A stretch of 64,000 nucleotides of DNA from Eledone cirrhosa (GCA_964016885.1 OZ024742.1:299708001-299772000); one strand, 5' to 3'; positions 14,350 through 29,496 are shown, counted from the first letter of the stretch. The notes: generated by a model not told the origin, from the letters alone. Made by a program: numbers and translations.

Positions 14350-16140
14350 GGTGGCTGCCAACTCGTTTTCGAGTACGGCCACTACTTTATATCCATGTAG
14401 GAGAACCCCTACCGATGCGCTGAACGAGTGTGACTTTTTAGTCCAGCCAGCGACTTGAAAACTCTGGTACAAACACTACACTTGTGACAATTATTGACAC
14501 ATAGTGCTGGGCCCATGGTACCATGTGGCGACAAGTGCAGAGAAATCTTCAGATATAAAGCAATGCCTGTGCCGTGAAGCTTTTATAGTGAGCAAAGCCA
14601 GTCCCATTCTCTTAACCAAGATGATATTTACCAAAAAGAAGAACAAGTCAACATCATTGGATACCATCAGGGTTGCAGGTGTTATATCAGAGTTTTCCTT
14701 CTCCTAGAATTCTGCCTTGACAAAGGCTAAGGGGTCATCTCTCCCGGTGATTTTGGATGGCCATTGACTCTTAAGAGCTCCTTTGCTCTTTGACAGGTTT
14801 TGTTTTTAGTCCTGCAGGATGTCCAAAGTCACTCTCAACATACATACATACATACATACATACATGGCTTCTCCATGGTACTGATAATAATACCTAGGAT
14901 TTTACCAAGTCAAAGGGTCTACTATAGTATCTCAGAGTGGTGAACAGAATCGAATGCATCCCTGTAGACCAGCCAGACTGAATGTATGTATGCATATATG
15001 TATGTGTGTAAGTATGTATGTATATATATATGTATGTATGTATGTATGTATTATTTATATAGTGATGTGAAAACGGAAATAGAAAAAAGTGTTTATAAAG
15101 ATTCTTATGAGGGCTTTCTGGTTGGCGCGTTGTGGAGGGAGAGATTTTTAAAGGTATCTTCAAGCCGAGAGATTGAAAAGATATAGCTCTATCGAGAAAA
15201 GCGAAATATATATCATAGATATAAAAATAAACTTACACACAACTGTACATGGCCTTCGATGTATTTAATATTCTATAATGCTCTGATTTGTACTATTTGT
15301 ACATGTCGTTGAACACTTCAATTTATTTGCATCCGACGAGAATGTGCATTTACGTTTTGTATGGCTATATTGTTGGCTTGAGTAAACATAATTTCTATTT
15401 TCAGGACGTGCGTATCTATATGTATATATATATACATATATATTTGTATGTCTTTGCATAAAATACTGATCTCTATAGCAAGGGTACATTTTGAACTCAG
15501 ATTTTGATATATTGATCTCAAGTTTCTAAACTAAACATATAGTCATTATTGATCAATGCTTAATTTCTCATATTATATATCTATGTCCCATTCATGAATA
15601 TTGATACTTAACAATTTATATGAAATGAATAATAAAAATATAACTCAACTTAATATGACATGACGTTAAGTTTTCATTGCACCCCCTCTCTCTATATAGT
15701 ATTTCTCTCTCTTGAGTTTCTCTCCCTGTATGATGACTTGATATCTCTCTGTTGCTTTCCTTTGTTTTTCTTATTTCTTCTTTTTCTTTCTTTCTTATTT
15801 ATTATTTTTATTTCGTCCTATCTTTATTTATCTCTTTCTTTTCTCCATACATTTCTCTCTCTCTCCGTTATTTATCTCCTTCTTTTCTCCATACATTTCT
15901 CTCTCTCTCCGATATTTCTCCAGGTTTTCTTTCTATTTTTCTTTCTTTTTTCTTTCTATCTTTCTCTCTCTCCGTCTTTTTTCTTTTTCTTTTTCTTTAT
16001 CTCCGTCTTTTTCTAATTGTGCTTAACACTATGACTTATTAAAACAATATAAACAATTCACTATCCAGACAGTCTCCGAAAGTAATGGTTGTATTTTGGA
16101 GGGTATGTCAAAGCTATTTGTAAAACTGTTATATATTGTA

Positions 16141-16201
16141 TTTTGTCTGATGGAGGCATGCCATAATTTAGTATGGTATCCCTGAAATATGTATAATGAA
16201 A
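16141..16201 (+). ncRNA. Degenerate hammerhead-like motif (family of 8290/43413/52142)
   Basis: ttttgt-CTGATGG-stem-GAAA-t-atgt-a-TA-atgaaa; A9 is altered. Confidence 0.45.
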
Positions 16202-16242
16202 TAAATATGGTTTTATAAATATAGTTTCCATTTATTAATATC

Positions 16243-16315
<73 letters not shown>

Positions 16316-16317
<2 letters not shown>

Positions 16318-17186
16318 TTTATGGATCTAACAGAAACTAGAATTTAATTGAAACGTCCAGTCTAATTTTTATGATTTGCATTTGTTTAGGCCCGTAATTA
16401 TTAAACTAAAACACATTTATGCATAACAAAACATACATTAGCCAACTAGCTGTGACACATGAAAAAGCAATACTGTCATTTTTCTCAGTACGAAGAGAAT
16501 TCCAGAAGTTGTTCACAGTTAACGCTGTAAGGCTAATAATTAAAACAATGTAGTTATAGTTGCCTTAACTTTATCTTAGATTTTCTCATATACACTATTT
16601 TATGCGTGAGCATTTATTATATAAACAACGATGTTTGAAATATTTTCATTAAAGCAGGATGGCAGCAAACAGATGATGTATGGAAATGAAAGCAAAATTG
16701 TTGATACACGTACAATATATGGGACATAACGAATTATTAAGAGATTTTTCAAACATACAACCTGAAATAAAGTGCAAATTATACAAATAAAATTACTTCA
16801 TAAGGCATACTGTTGGTTGAAGTAATATTAATCAAAAATACCACATGAAAGTCTACACTGTAGACTCTACAGTTTTTAAGCCAAGAAAGGAACTTAACAT
16901 TGTAACTTTAATACAGCTTCTAAGCAGCCCCGAGCAACGCCGGGCTTTACTGCTAGTATATAATAAAATGTAGTTTGCTTGAAGCATTGTATATAATATA
17001 TAATGTGGAAAGTGATATATGTCATAAGGCTAAACAAAATGTAAAATGGACGGTAAGATGAAGGCAACGAAAATGTTAGTTACCTGGCTTTGCTTTTTAT
17101 TTTCATTACAAGATTTTCGTTGCCGCCATCTTACTGCCCATTTTGCATTGCTTAGCCTTATTAAATATATCACTTTCCACATTATA

Positions 17187-17268
<82 letters not shown>

Positions 17269-17840
17269 GAGTTAGAGAGAGAGAGAGAGAGGGGGGGAGA
17301 GAGACAGAGAGACAGAGAGACAGAGTCAGCGGCAGAGACACAGAGAGGGTATAGTTTAGTATTTTATTTGTATAATTTGCCCTTTATTTTAGGTTGTATG
17401 TTTGAAAAATCTCTTAATAATTCGTTATTATGTCCCATATATTGTACGTGTATCAACAATTTTGCTTTCATTTCCATACATCATCTGTTTGCTGCCATCC
17501 TGCTTTAATGAAAATATTTCAAACATCGTTGTTTACATAAATGTTCACGCATAAAATAGTGTATATGAGAAAATCTAAGATAAAATTAAAGCAAGTATAA
17601 CTACATTGTTTTAATTATTAGCCTTACAGCGTTAACTGTGAACAACTTCTGGAATTCTCTTCGTACAGAGAAAAATGAAAGTATTGCTTTTTCATGTGTC
17701 ACAGCTAGTTGGCTAATGTATGTTTTGTTATGCATAAATGTGTTTTAGTTTAATAATTACGGGCCTAAACAAATGCAAATCATAAAAATTAGACTGGACG
17801 TTTCAATTAAATTCTAGTTTCTGTTAGATCTATAAATCTA
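16316..17840. repeat. ~480-bp inverted repeat (16316-16795 vs 17360-17840); left arm continues to a Helitron-like 3' end at 16956
   Basis: Arms are near-identical reverse complements; cccgagcaacgccggg hairpin followed by CTAG-T at 16928-16957. Confidence 0.8.
16996..17189. mobile_element. MITE-like element with ~80-bp imperfect TIRs in TA context
   Basis: atataatgtggaaagtgatatat...ggcaacgaaaat pairs with attttcgttgcc...atatatcactttccacattatat. Confidence 0.65.
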
Positions 17841-18961
17841 TCCACACACACACACATTTATTTATTTATTCACTGCTTATCAGACAGGATATAGCAGTGT
17901 CCATGGTCCTTTTCAGATCCACAAGAAGTGTTGTGAGGAAAGCAGAGAGGAGGAGAGGTAGGTATCTTCAATCAGGACCGGATTTAATGGGTGGCAAAGG
18001 GGGCAACTGCTGTGTATTTTATTTTGTTGTGTATGAGATCCCCCCCCCCCCCAAATCCGAAGTGCCCCCGGCCCGTGTACGAAGAGAATAAAAAAAGGAT
18101 TTCACATTTGTTTATGTTTTTACAGCGCAGCATATATTTAATATGAAAACTATAGTATACATATAATAAATTTCTTAGATAGTTGTTTCCAAATTATTGA
18201 TCAACACGATGCTATGATAGAAAACACGTACTGAACGTGTCGGTACAGAATGTGAAACAATGTGGTGCAAACATTTTAACTACACAACTTTGCCTACATT
18301 TAAAGCTATAGCATTCATAATGAAGTGCGAAGCACGTCCATGGAGACTGAATATTTACGGCAGCATTAAAATCCAAATACTCGATATCCTAGAGAGAAAT
18401 TTAACTACAAAGAAAATAAGTGCATTGGTTCAAACCTGGAAATAGGGAAATTACAAGTAGGTTTTGTTGTACTGAATCCATTAAAAAAAGCAATAAAGAA
18501 TAGTGTCTTCTTATTGTATGAAACATCTGTATATAACCATTGGTTTCAACAAAGCAATTTCCTCTAATTGTCATTCTTGCAAAAGACATGTAACGTTAGA
18601 CATCCGTCGGTTCAAAGACCAGCGTTCCAATTGTTCAAACAACGGAACAGCCTAGTCTTGAAAGTAAAATACAACTGGCTGAGCACTCCAAAAATGCCTG
18701 TGCTGCAAATGCAGTTCACTCTATGACAAGACAGATCACAGATAAGACTCCTTTTTGACGGCAGAATGGCTGGGAGCATACATACAAACATTTGTATATA
18801 CATATATGCATACACATACATACATATATATATATATATACATACATACAGATTCATACATACATGTATACATAAATACATACGTACATGTATACATAAA
18901 TACATACATACATGTATACATAAACACATATATACAAACATACATACATATATACATACAC

Positions 18962-19082
<121 letters not shown>

Positions 19083-19127
19083 CATACACACAAACATACA
19101 TGTATACATACATACATGCATACACAC

Positions 19128-20140
19128 ATGATGGCTGCAAACTCGTGTTAGAGCATTGCCATCGCCCGATAAAATGATCAAAAATGTGAGGCACGAATGT
19201 GGCTCTTTAAACCAGCCAAAGATTTGCACTATCTGTCACATACATGGAAACTGTAGACTTTTCTGGGACTTTCCATTCTCTTGTTCTGGCTGTGTGTTCT
19301 CATGTGTCTTTTAAGACATCCCGTGCTAGCACATTCCTTGCCACATTCCTTACACCATTTCAGATCATAATTTACATGAGTTCTACTAATATGACTTTGT
19401 TTGTGTCTAATCAAACCAGCTTTGCTCAGGCAGACTCGACCACAGTACTGGCAAACCAGATGTTGCTCAACAGCAGGCAGTTCAGAATAGTCTTTTTCCT
19501 TACCTTCCTTTTCAGTGTTAGGTGTTCTCTTCGACGAGTTTCAAAGTGTTCTTTATCTCCACTTAACACGCTCCTCAGTCATTTTCTCCCATTCGTCAAA
19601 TGAAATTCTAGCACAAGCCAAGGTGCCCCCGACACAGTCCCGCTACCGCATTTTTGGTTTGTGTGGTGGTCGCCTTCCTTCACACAGTTCTCCGTAGAAA
19701 AGTTGCTTTGGAATACGATCATCAGACATCCGGACCACGTGTCCGCACTACCTCAACTGATGTCAAAAGACCATGCTCTCTACAGTCACGCACCTGCTCT
19801 GTTCGAGAACTTCCAAATCACTGACGAACATTTTCCATCGCACCCCAATTAACTTACGAAGAGATTGTTGGTGAAATCTCTCCAGTTCCTTGAGGTGCTT
19901 TCTGTATGTGACCCACGTTTCACATGCATAAAGCAAAGAGACGACACAAGTCAGAGAGACTTTTACCTTGGTTTCGATAGTGATACATCGTCTGGACCAT
20001 AAACGGTCATGCAACCGTCCAAAAGCATCACTGGCTTTCTTGATTCTTAAGGATATCTCATGATCAAGTGTGCATGAATTGTTCAACGTACTACCAAGGT
20101 AAACAAACTTGTCAGCAACTTTTAGCCTCTCTACACACAC
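19128..20140 (-). mobile_element. RTE-clade LINE 3' fragment
   Basis: FVYLGSTL, EISLRIKKASDAFGRL, LLYACETW and a C-terminal C2H2 (CKECGKEC..LKRHMRTH); tail gcagccatcat(gt/gtat)n. Confidence 0.9.
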
Positions 20141-20270
20141 GTACACACTTGGTGTAGTGTATTCTTTTCATACATACATACGGACGTACGTACATAAATA
20201 CATACATTTATAACTGTGGTTGGCTTCGATTCTGAACTTCAATATATCTCAAAGAAAATGCATGTATATT

Positions 20271-20301
<31 letters not shown>

Positions 20302-21169
20302 ACATGCATACATATATACATGCACATATAAGTATGCACATGCGCACATATATGTATACATGCGTACACGCATACTCATTCATGCATGTATGCATACATA
20401 CATATATGCATACATACATGTATGTACCTACATGTATGTACCTACATATACACACAAACATACATGTATATATACTATTAGTCAATATATACACACGCTC
20501 AATTACGCTAAGCCATACGTATCAATAAATGAAAAAATATATTGATTCTGAGAAATGTCGGCAAAAATCTGTTTAATGAAATTTCGCAGTATTGAATATA
20601 TTTTTGTGCCATGAGAAGAAATAAATAAAGTCTGATATTCTTTTATTCCTCTACTGGTTAAGGCATTACTATGACCATGCTGGAGCATTGCTTTGATTTA
20701 GTCGATTATATTGACCCCAGTAATTGTATTTTCAAGTTTGATACTTATTTTTTTCGGAACCTGAGATCATAACGGTCAGCCACTTTCTTTCTAAATATAA
20801 CCTGTTTATTAGGGTATTAGTCTTCCGTTCGACTCCCAGACCTGGAGATGCATTGGGTTTGAGAGTAAAACATTTTATTTCATATAGCTTCAGTTCATTT
20901 AGATAGGGAAAAATAAGAACAGGCAGTAACAGAAAGTTAAGCTTACAATGGACTAGTGTCTCGTCCAGGGGAAGGCTTTTATTCATAGCTGCTTGACAGC
21001 AATGATATTGAAATAGACTCCGAGCTTTCCGGATACATTCTAACCACATGCCTGTAATATTGGAGCTGTGATCTCTCAATTCAGAGATGTAGTGGCTCTA
21101 TCTGGAACGACTCGCTAATTTCCGAGCTACAAATCTGTCGAGAAACGTTACATAAAAACAAAATTCGGT

Positions 21170-21625
21170 GTATTCTCATTTCAGTCGCTTATATTCGCGG
21201 TCGTATTCTTTGATCATTATCCAAGATTGATGACCATAGGTAAGGGTTCGCACGAACACCAAATTTCATTACTGCACCAGCTGCTGCAATTCTTGCACTT
21301 AATTCAGCCCTCTGCCTCACATCACTCGTGAACTCGGCTCCAAAATTACTGAATTTCTCCACCTGCTTTAATGAAACTCTACTCAGATGTAGAGTGCACT
21401 GCGCAGGCTTCCTTGTGAGGACGAGTGTCTCAGTCTACGCAGCCCTGATTTTCATTCCAGCCGAGCAGCACTCGGCATTAAACCTATCAAGCACATGTCA
21501 GAGATTCCCTTCTGACGGGTTAAGTAATACCATGTCGTCTGAAAATTCCATCACTGATATTACACCCGCCAGTCGTAATAGCACTTCCAACTCGGCTGCT
21601 CATGTCAATCCAGTTCATGAAGATC
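21170..21625 (-). pseudogene. Degenerate RTE-like RT fragment
   Basis: Minus-strand FSDDMVLL, AGMKI, QVEKF and TLTYGHQSW, with stops. Confidence 0.65.
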
Positions 21626-22349
21626 AAATCCCAGCAGAGTTGTTCTGCTTGCGAATGACTCGCAGATGACGGATAGCTATACAGCTACCAAATGGTTAGT
21701 TCTGATATAAGTGGGCGCCTGCCTGACGAATAAGCAATTCCGAACCAACAGCGGTAAACTAAGAGAGATGAAGCAATGCGTGACACGTTTAGCACTCGAG
21801 AAAACTTTCACAGCCCATTAACGTAGCTATAATGAGGAGAGTAAGAGCCTCCTTTAGAAAAGCTTAGTCTTCTAGAAAACAGTTTGGAACTAACAATACA
21901 ACATATTTAATCAAATCAATGCTAGAAATCAAATACAGTCACAAATACGTTAAATTCATCATTCAAACCAAACACAAAAATTAGAATTGGAAACTAAAAT
22001 GCACAAACAGTGCTAAATTTATAATAGAATATTATAACTACATCCGTCTAACATTGAAACACCACGCTGCCACAAGAAATGACTACGCCACCAACGGCAA
22101 TAGTCAAAATCAGACGTAGAGAACCCATATCTTCCGCCATTACATTGGCTCAGAAAACTAATTCTTTTATACACATCAAAAACTCGAATATACATTAAGC
22201 TGTTAATTAGCATAATACCCACATAAATTGAATAAAAAATGAATCATAGTTATTTCACGTAGTTTATCCAACATAGTATGTGTGTACATATGTATGTGTG
22301 TACATATGTAAATAATGTACATACATATGCATGTATGTGATTTCCTGTT

Positions 22350-22455
<106 letters not shown>

Positions 22456-22504
22456 TGTGTGTGTGTGTGTGTGTGTGGCGGCGAATTGGCAGTCATTAGA
22501 ACGT

Positions 22505-22543
<39 letters not shown>

Positions 22544-22589
22544 ATATAAATATATATATATATACATGTGTGGTTTGTGTGTGTGTGGT

Positions 22590-22918
22590 GAATTGGCATA
22601 GTCATTCGAACGTCGGGTAGAATACTTTGAAATATTCGTTCCGGCTCTCTGATCTCTGAGTTCAAATCCCACCGAGGGCAACTTTACCTTTCATCCTTTC
22701 GCGGTGGATAAAAGAAGTACCAGTCTAATACTGAGGTCGATTCTTCCTCTATATCTCTTTCTTACTTATTCTCTCACTTTCTTTCCTTCTTCGGAAAATA
22801 TCTGCTATATTCAGACCTGGAAAGGAGATGGGCCCCGCCGGGATTAAAAGTGCCCTAGAAACGCTGTATTTCAATACGAAGTCCCTATGATTATATCAGT
22901 ACTTACGGGACCATACAT
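22590..22918 (+). mobile_element. SINE with alternative long 3' tail ending acgggaccatacat; partner copy 24827-25166 (-)
   Basis: Same head and core as the main SINE, but the tail is homologous to the reverse complement of 24835-24970. Confidence 0.7.
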
Positions 22919-23169
22919 GTGAATTTTGAGTTGTCTTTCTTTGTTATATGATCGTTCACCGGTGGAGTGGGGACAGGTCTCTAGGTACTTGAGTCACTGA
23001 CCCCTCTCTTCTTCATATTAAATGAACACTTTTAGTTAAAATTCAAAAATATATTTCAATCTTTTCTTCCCATGCCACATCATGCCGCTATCTAACTTAG
23101 CAGTTGTGTCTAACGGCCAAGATACAGTAATAAGCCCTAGGTAAGGAACGCTGATAGTTTTATGACATT

Positions 23170-23355
23170 GGATTGGCAGTATCGGTTGAGGGTCGGACGC
23201 CAGGCTTTGCAGCAAAGAGTTACGGCCCTTTATGGTCTGAGTTCAAATCCCGCCGAGGTTAACTTTGCCTTTCATCCTTACGGGGTCGATAAAATAAAGT
23301 ACCAGTAATACACTGGGATAATTGCTGACCTTGTACCAAAAGTAGAAACAATTAA
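23170..23355 (+). mobile_element. MetaSINE-like SINE, full copy
   Basis: ggattggcagtatcggt...gagttcaaatcccgccgaggttaactttgcctttcatcc...agtagaaacaatta. Confidence 0.85.
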
Positions 23356-26334
23356 CAGTTATACTGGACAAAACACTACACTACACGTAGTATATATAGT
23401 GATAATTTTCTATTGTATTTAATTGTATTTAACTAACAAATGACATTATGCAAACATTAATCAATTATTACAGCAATAAAATAATACAATGGATGTATTG
23501 TATTTTGTATAACGTGCTAATTAGGGAAGAGAAAAAGAAATTACAAAAATAATCTATAAGGAAATTATTTTCATTCGATCAGTTGTGTTTTAACGACCAA
23601 TTGATCGCACTTGTATTATTATTTAAGCTTTTCAAAAAGGTTAGACGCTATGTAGTCTAGAAATATATTCTGGTTGTTTTGTAGAGAATTACCACTTATT
23701 ATATATTTATGATTGTCAAAGAGAATTTTTGTGAAGAATATACAAACCTTTGTATATCAGCACAAACACACCGTATAACATGGCGAATAATTGTTTGTTA
23801 TTTTATTCAAATTTATACATCACTAAAACAAAAATAAGAAAAATAACATTATTAAAGCAATTTTAAATGTGTAAAAATATGAAGGCTTGAAGAATAACAA
23901 ACTGTTAATATTTGCATTAAATGTAGAGATGATGTTGCATTTATCATAGAAACCTGGAGGACAAACAATGATTCGCTTTGTTAAAAAAATGACAAGACTT
24001 TTTTTAAAGATACATTTTCTGCCTTGCATGCTGAAAACGTTTTTAAAAAAATAAATGCTTTTTTTTTTTTAAATGAAATGTGTGATTTGAATGACAGGAA
24101 GAATCAATTCAGTTTTTGCTATAAATCAATTAAGGGATCTAGAAGTAATTGCTACCAGATCATTTAGAAGCGTAGTGTGGTGGATGAGATAAAACACAAC
24201 TAGTTTTCGTTTGGACACTGTATATTCTGAGATGAATGGCTAGTAGCTGTTCAAGGTAGTTATTTCCTGCTGCAAGTAATTATATTTTCCTACAAAGCAA
24301 TATTGAGCTATTTGCTAAGATATATCAAGCTCGTTCTCTGAAACATTCTAACAACAAAAATCACCTGTATGCTACACAAAAGAGCAAATTACCAGTTGAA
24401 ACACTAGTGTTAGTAGTAATTGCTTCTTCAATCAGAGAGAATATCGATCAGAATAAACAACAATAACTCTATAATATTCAAATAGCATAATAGCTCATTA
24501 TTATTTCTACATGAATAAAAGAACATATCATCTTTATTCACCCCCAAAACATATAAATAAACAAGATGCAATGCTCTCATATAACACGTAAAGGATAAAT
24601 ATCTCCAGGGAAATGTTACTGAACATGGACATTCTCATCAATGGAAAGTGATTTAGGCAGGAATGAATTTGTTCCTCTGAAACGACGCATTAATCTCAGA
24701 ATATAATATTCTTTAGAGTATTATAAATAATACCGAAATGATTAAGGGGTTCTTGTCACAATTATAAGGCCCCGGATTCGAACTCACTGAGTGTTATCTT
24801 GGGAATGTGTCATTACTCAGCTTGATAGTATGTATGTATGGTCCCGTAAAACCTGATAGAGTCGTAGGGGCGCCGTATTGTCACACGACGTTTCTTGGGC
24901 ATTTTTAAGCCTGGTGGAGCCCATCCTTCCCCAGGCCTGAGTACAGCAAATTTCTACCAGAGAAAGGTTGAAAGCGAGAGAGAGAAACAAGAAAGAGATG
25001 TAGAGGAAGAATCGACTCCATTACTAGACTGGTTATTTTTTATCGATCTCAAAAGAAGGAAAGGCAAAGTTGACCTCGGCGGGATTTGAACTCAGAGAGC
25101 CGAGAGCCAGAAGAAATACCATAAAACATTCTATCCGACGTTCTAACAACTCTGCCAATTCGCCGGCTTAACTTGATAGTAACAGAAGCCAAATATTTCC
25201 AAAAGAATATATTTGATAGAGCGGTTCTAATTATACTGTATCTGAAAAGTAAAAGATATAAAGAAATAACAAAAGAACGATGGAATAGATTTGGGCTTAA
25301 ACCTGTTCGATACATGATTATCTTGGGCTAAACAATAACTAAAAAACTAATAACGATATTAATTAGCTATCTTTAATAACCCCTGTGTGGAGTATTCAAA
25401 CCGATTTGTTAACAACAAACAGGCAATCTTGCAAAGCCCTAGCACAACCTTTAAAAATCCAACGGTGAAACTTAAATCCATAGAAATTTACCATAGATCA
25501 CCTATGGATCACTAAAGACTGTAACAAAATTGTATTTTATCCCACAGTGCAGGCAATATTTGTAATATTAAAGTTCAATATCGATCTTGGAAACTCAGTA
25601 TAAGATTAAGATATATACAGATCGTTCCCTATAATTTAGATTACATAAAGTAAAGTCAGTCCTAAGTCCAGAGCTCATTAGGCTGAAGCATATCTTGGTT
25701 TCTTAAGCGATCAGCAACTAAGAGTAAAAGTTCACTGGAGTAATGTGAAATGAAATATTCTGCTTAAAAACACAATGCGGGGCGAACTTCTTAACCATTT
25801 TGGCATATGGCGTCTACTGAATTGAATGCGGGCTATAGCATAGTAATTGGTATATTTTTTACTGGCATCCCATATATATATATACCATAGATTATTTTTA
25901 AATGCATGTGGTTAGCTTTTTGCCAGAGAGTCCCGTCTGCCATTCGGAAGCAGATAAGAGATAGACGTTTCATTTCATATAATGGTGGATTGACTCAAGT
26001 AACGCATCCATAGATCTGCTAATTCACTGACATCTAATTATACAAAGCTGTGTAGAATTGAATATAGTGCTCAAAATACACGCCAAAACATCTGCAGCAG
26101 ATGTGAAACTGAGACCAATTCGATATCCACACCACCGTTATTTTGCTTCTATGGGGCATAAAATGACCCCTGAATCTACATATAGATTATCGGAAGTTAC
26201 CAGATACTTTGGAAGTAGCCAGTAGACAACTATATCAATCTCCTCACAGACAATTTTTCAGTTTTGCTGTCTGTTGAAATCAACTAGCCTGATGTATCTT
26301 TTTACAGTACATACACGCACGCACGCGCACGCAC

Positions 26335-26411
<77 letters not shown>

Positions 26412-26704
26412 GAGAATTATAGTTTATAGTTATTTATTTCAGAAACTGCGTTCGTTTAGGCGTTCGGTTCCCAAATGTAAGGTCCCTCAAAGCTGGAAAA
26501 AAAATTACTTGCAATTCGAAGGACCAGCCTTATATCACACTATGTGACACTGAATCTCCGTGAGAGTATGTTATGGGTATAAATGTCTAGGGAATGCTCG
26601 GCTATGTTAATTTCACGTACAAGCTATTCTGTTGTTTGAGCCATCGAATCGGTGGAAGTCTAACAAAAACATTTATAGCCACTGTATATTACAGTTATAA
26701 GACT

Positions 26705-27025
26705 GCACGTGGCTTTTTGGTTAGGGTATATGGCTCACGATCGTAAGGTCATGAGTTTGATTCCTTGCGGCGCGTTGTGTTCTTGAGCAAGACACTATAT
26801 TTCACGCTGCTCCAGTCCACACAGCTGGCAAAAATGAGTTGTACCTGTAATTCGAAGAGCCAGTCCTGTCATATTCTATATCCCTCTGAATCTCCCTGAG
26901 AACTACGTTAAAGGTACGCGTGCTTGTCGAATGCTCAGCCACATGCATGTTAATTTCACAAGCAGGCTGTTCCGTTGATAGTATCAACTGGAATACTCGT
27001 CGTCGTAACCGACGGAGTGCCACTG
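26705..27025 (+). mobile_element. CORE-type tRNA SINE (other copies 31975-32130, 49818-50010, 62930-63155 -, 25660-25790 -)
   Basis: A/B-box head followed by tgtgtccttgagcaagacacttta, which resembles the CORE domain. Confidence 0.75.
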
Positions 27026-27307
27026 ATATTACAGCAGCACTTAATCGTTTAGACTGATTTGCATTTCGCTGGCTGTGTCGTCAAAATAAGGATTTATGAC
27101 ATATTCAAATATTACTGAATTATTCCCTGAATAATTATTTATATGCTGATGTACAAACCAGCGTATGATCAATATTTCCAAATATACATTAAGATGTAAT
27201 TTTATATTAGTGCAAATTGATAGAACGTCATCAACTTTGCGTTGTTTACTCTGGCTCTCTGCATTATAATGTCAATTTTGGCTTTCGTCCGTTCAATGAC
27301 GATAAGG

Positions 27308-27483
27308 CAGAGTCCACAAACTTTTTCAAACGCGAAACTCCTTTTTGGTTCAGAAACTTTTGGGAGAACACCAAAGTCTAATACTATTATATGGTCGTAA
27401 TATCAATATATTCCTCTACCTTTATTCACGGAACCTCAGACACTCCTTTGCAGAAGCCTTGGAACCCACTTTATGAACCACTG
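27308..27483. mobile_element. hAT (Charlie/MER5-like) MITE with 8-bp TSD
   Basis: CAG...aaccaCTG termini; TSD CGATAAGG at 27300-27307 and 27484-27491. Confidence 0.8.
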
Positions 27484-27608
27484 CGATAAGGAAAATACCA
27501 ATCCAATACAGGGTCAATTATTTTAAGTCTATTTCTTACATTCCTTCTTCTTTTTCACTCTCTCTCTCTTTTTCTGTCTTTCTCTCTTTCATTATCACTT
27601 TCCTTTTC

Positions 27609-27657
<49 letters not shown>

Positions 27658-27989
27658 GAAGAAGAAGAAGAAATCGGTTATGATATGACATGGAGAGGTA
27701 TGGGCTTGTCGGTGTCCCTACGATTCCATCAGGTGTTGAAGACATTTATAAGTGCTTCAAATTTGTTAGCCATCACTGTGACGTGAAACATTGAAATCGA
27801 GTCAGGCCAATCCTTCTATTTCTGCCTAGGGGTGGGCAGGAGATTGCGGGGGGGGGGATACATTTAATTATATTTGTTCAAAACATTTGTAAAATACACA
27901 CAACCCCCACACCCACACACACACACATACACACATATATATGTGTGAGTGTGAGAGAGAGAGAGATAGGAGAGATAGATAGAGAGAGA

Positions 27990-28054
<65 letters not shown>

Positions 28055-28284
28055 CCTGGTTCAATCGGGGGTAACCACAGTAAGTTACTCAATACATTAG
28101 TTGAGTGGGAACATCATATTTGATATAGAAATAGCTCCTACAGGACCAGAACTGTTTCATTCAAAGGAAATCACAATGATTTATTTTGAATGAAACAGTT
28201 CTAGTCCAGCATAAGCCATATCAAACATAATATATATATATATATGGAGGAAGTTGTAGTTTACTTGAAGCATTGCGTAATGAG

Positions 28285-28611
28285 GTATAAACGTTTGGAG
28301 TTGGAAGGCCAAGACAATGCAGGTATGGATATAGAATATAAATACAAATGCAAAAGATGTTGTTGACAATTAGTCTTTTACCTTAAATTTATTTAAATAT
28401 CCTTAATTTTCGAGATAATATCTCTTCTTCGGAGGGAAGTAAAGGGGTTAATCCACTGTTCTAATTACTTCCCTCCGAAGATGAGATATTATCTCGAAAA
28501 TTAAGGATATTTAAATAAATTTAAGGTAAAAGACTAATTGTCAACATCTTTTGCATTTGCATTTATATTCTATATCCATACCTGCATTGTCTTGGCCTTC
28601 CAACTCCAAAC

Positions 28612-28618
<7 letters not shown>
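28285..28618. repeat. ~155-bp-arm inverted repeat with degenerate hammerhead (CCGAAGA-tgagatattatctc-GAAA) in each arm
   Basis: 28285-28441 is the reverse complement of 28466-28618; (TA)n follows. Confidence 0.75.
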
Positions 28619-28674
<56 letters not shown>

Positions 28675-28949
28675 TAGCTCTGACAGTTGGCAGGTAAACA
28701 CTATACTATACCGATGAAGGCTAATCCCCTAGAAACAGTGTCTGCAGTTCTGTTTACATGCCAACACAAGAGCAAGAGTGACGGAGTTATTCTACTGACA
28801 TGGTTTTGAAGAGGCTGTTTGCATAATTGTAAACAAATCCAATATTATTATTAATATTCGAAAAACTCAGATTACATTTATTGTATTCAGCCATGTTGAG
28901 CGATAAACTATTTGTTATATATATATATATATTTGTTATATATATATTC

Positions 28950-29362
28950 TACCGATTCTGTCAATCCACCGCCATTGAGTTTCTACTTTTAGCACAAGGC
29001 CAGCGATTATCCCAGTGCATCACTGGTACTTTATTTTATCGACCCTGTAAGGATGAAAGGCAAAGTTAACCTCGGCGGATTTGAACTCAGAACACAAAGG
29101 GCCATAACTCTATGCTGCAAAGCACGGTGTTTGATGCTCTACCGATACTGCCAATCCACCGCTTATGTATGTATATATAATTGTTTCTACTTTTGGCACA
29201 AGGCCAGCAAATTACCCAGTGCATTACTGGTACTTTATTTCATCTACCCCGTAAGGATGAAAGGCAAAGTTAACCTTGGTGGGATTTGAACTCAGACTGT
29301 AAAGGGAGGCAACTATGCTAGAAAGCATGGCGTCCGACCTTCTACTGATACTGCCAATCCAC
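28950..29362 (-). mobile_element. Tandem MetaSINE-like copies
   Basis: Two full units plus a head fragment. Confidence 0.85.
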
Positions 29363-29496
29363 TATATAATGTAGATTATTCAGTAATTTTGTTGATTACT
29401 TGAGGCGGTATCATTGTGACCATTCAATGCTATAGCAGAGTGTATATATTGTTTCATGCGACGAATTTTCACTTTAAAATGTTTTTACTCAAAATC

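Noticed and set aside
17972-18720. hAT-like end (caggaccggattta) and faint transposase-like peptide
   Set aside because: No matching second TIR or TSD was found and the sequence is too degenerate.
19229-19414. Host C2H2 zinc-finger gene
   Set aside because: It is the single C-terminal finger of the RTE ORF.
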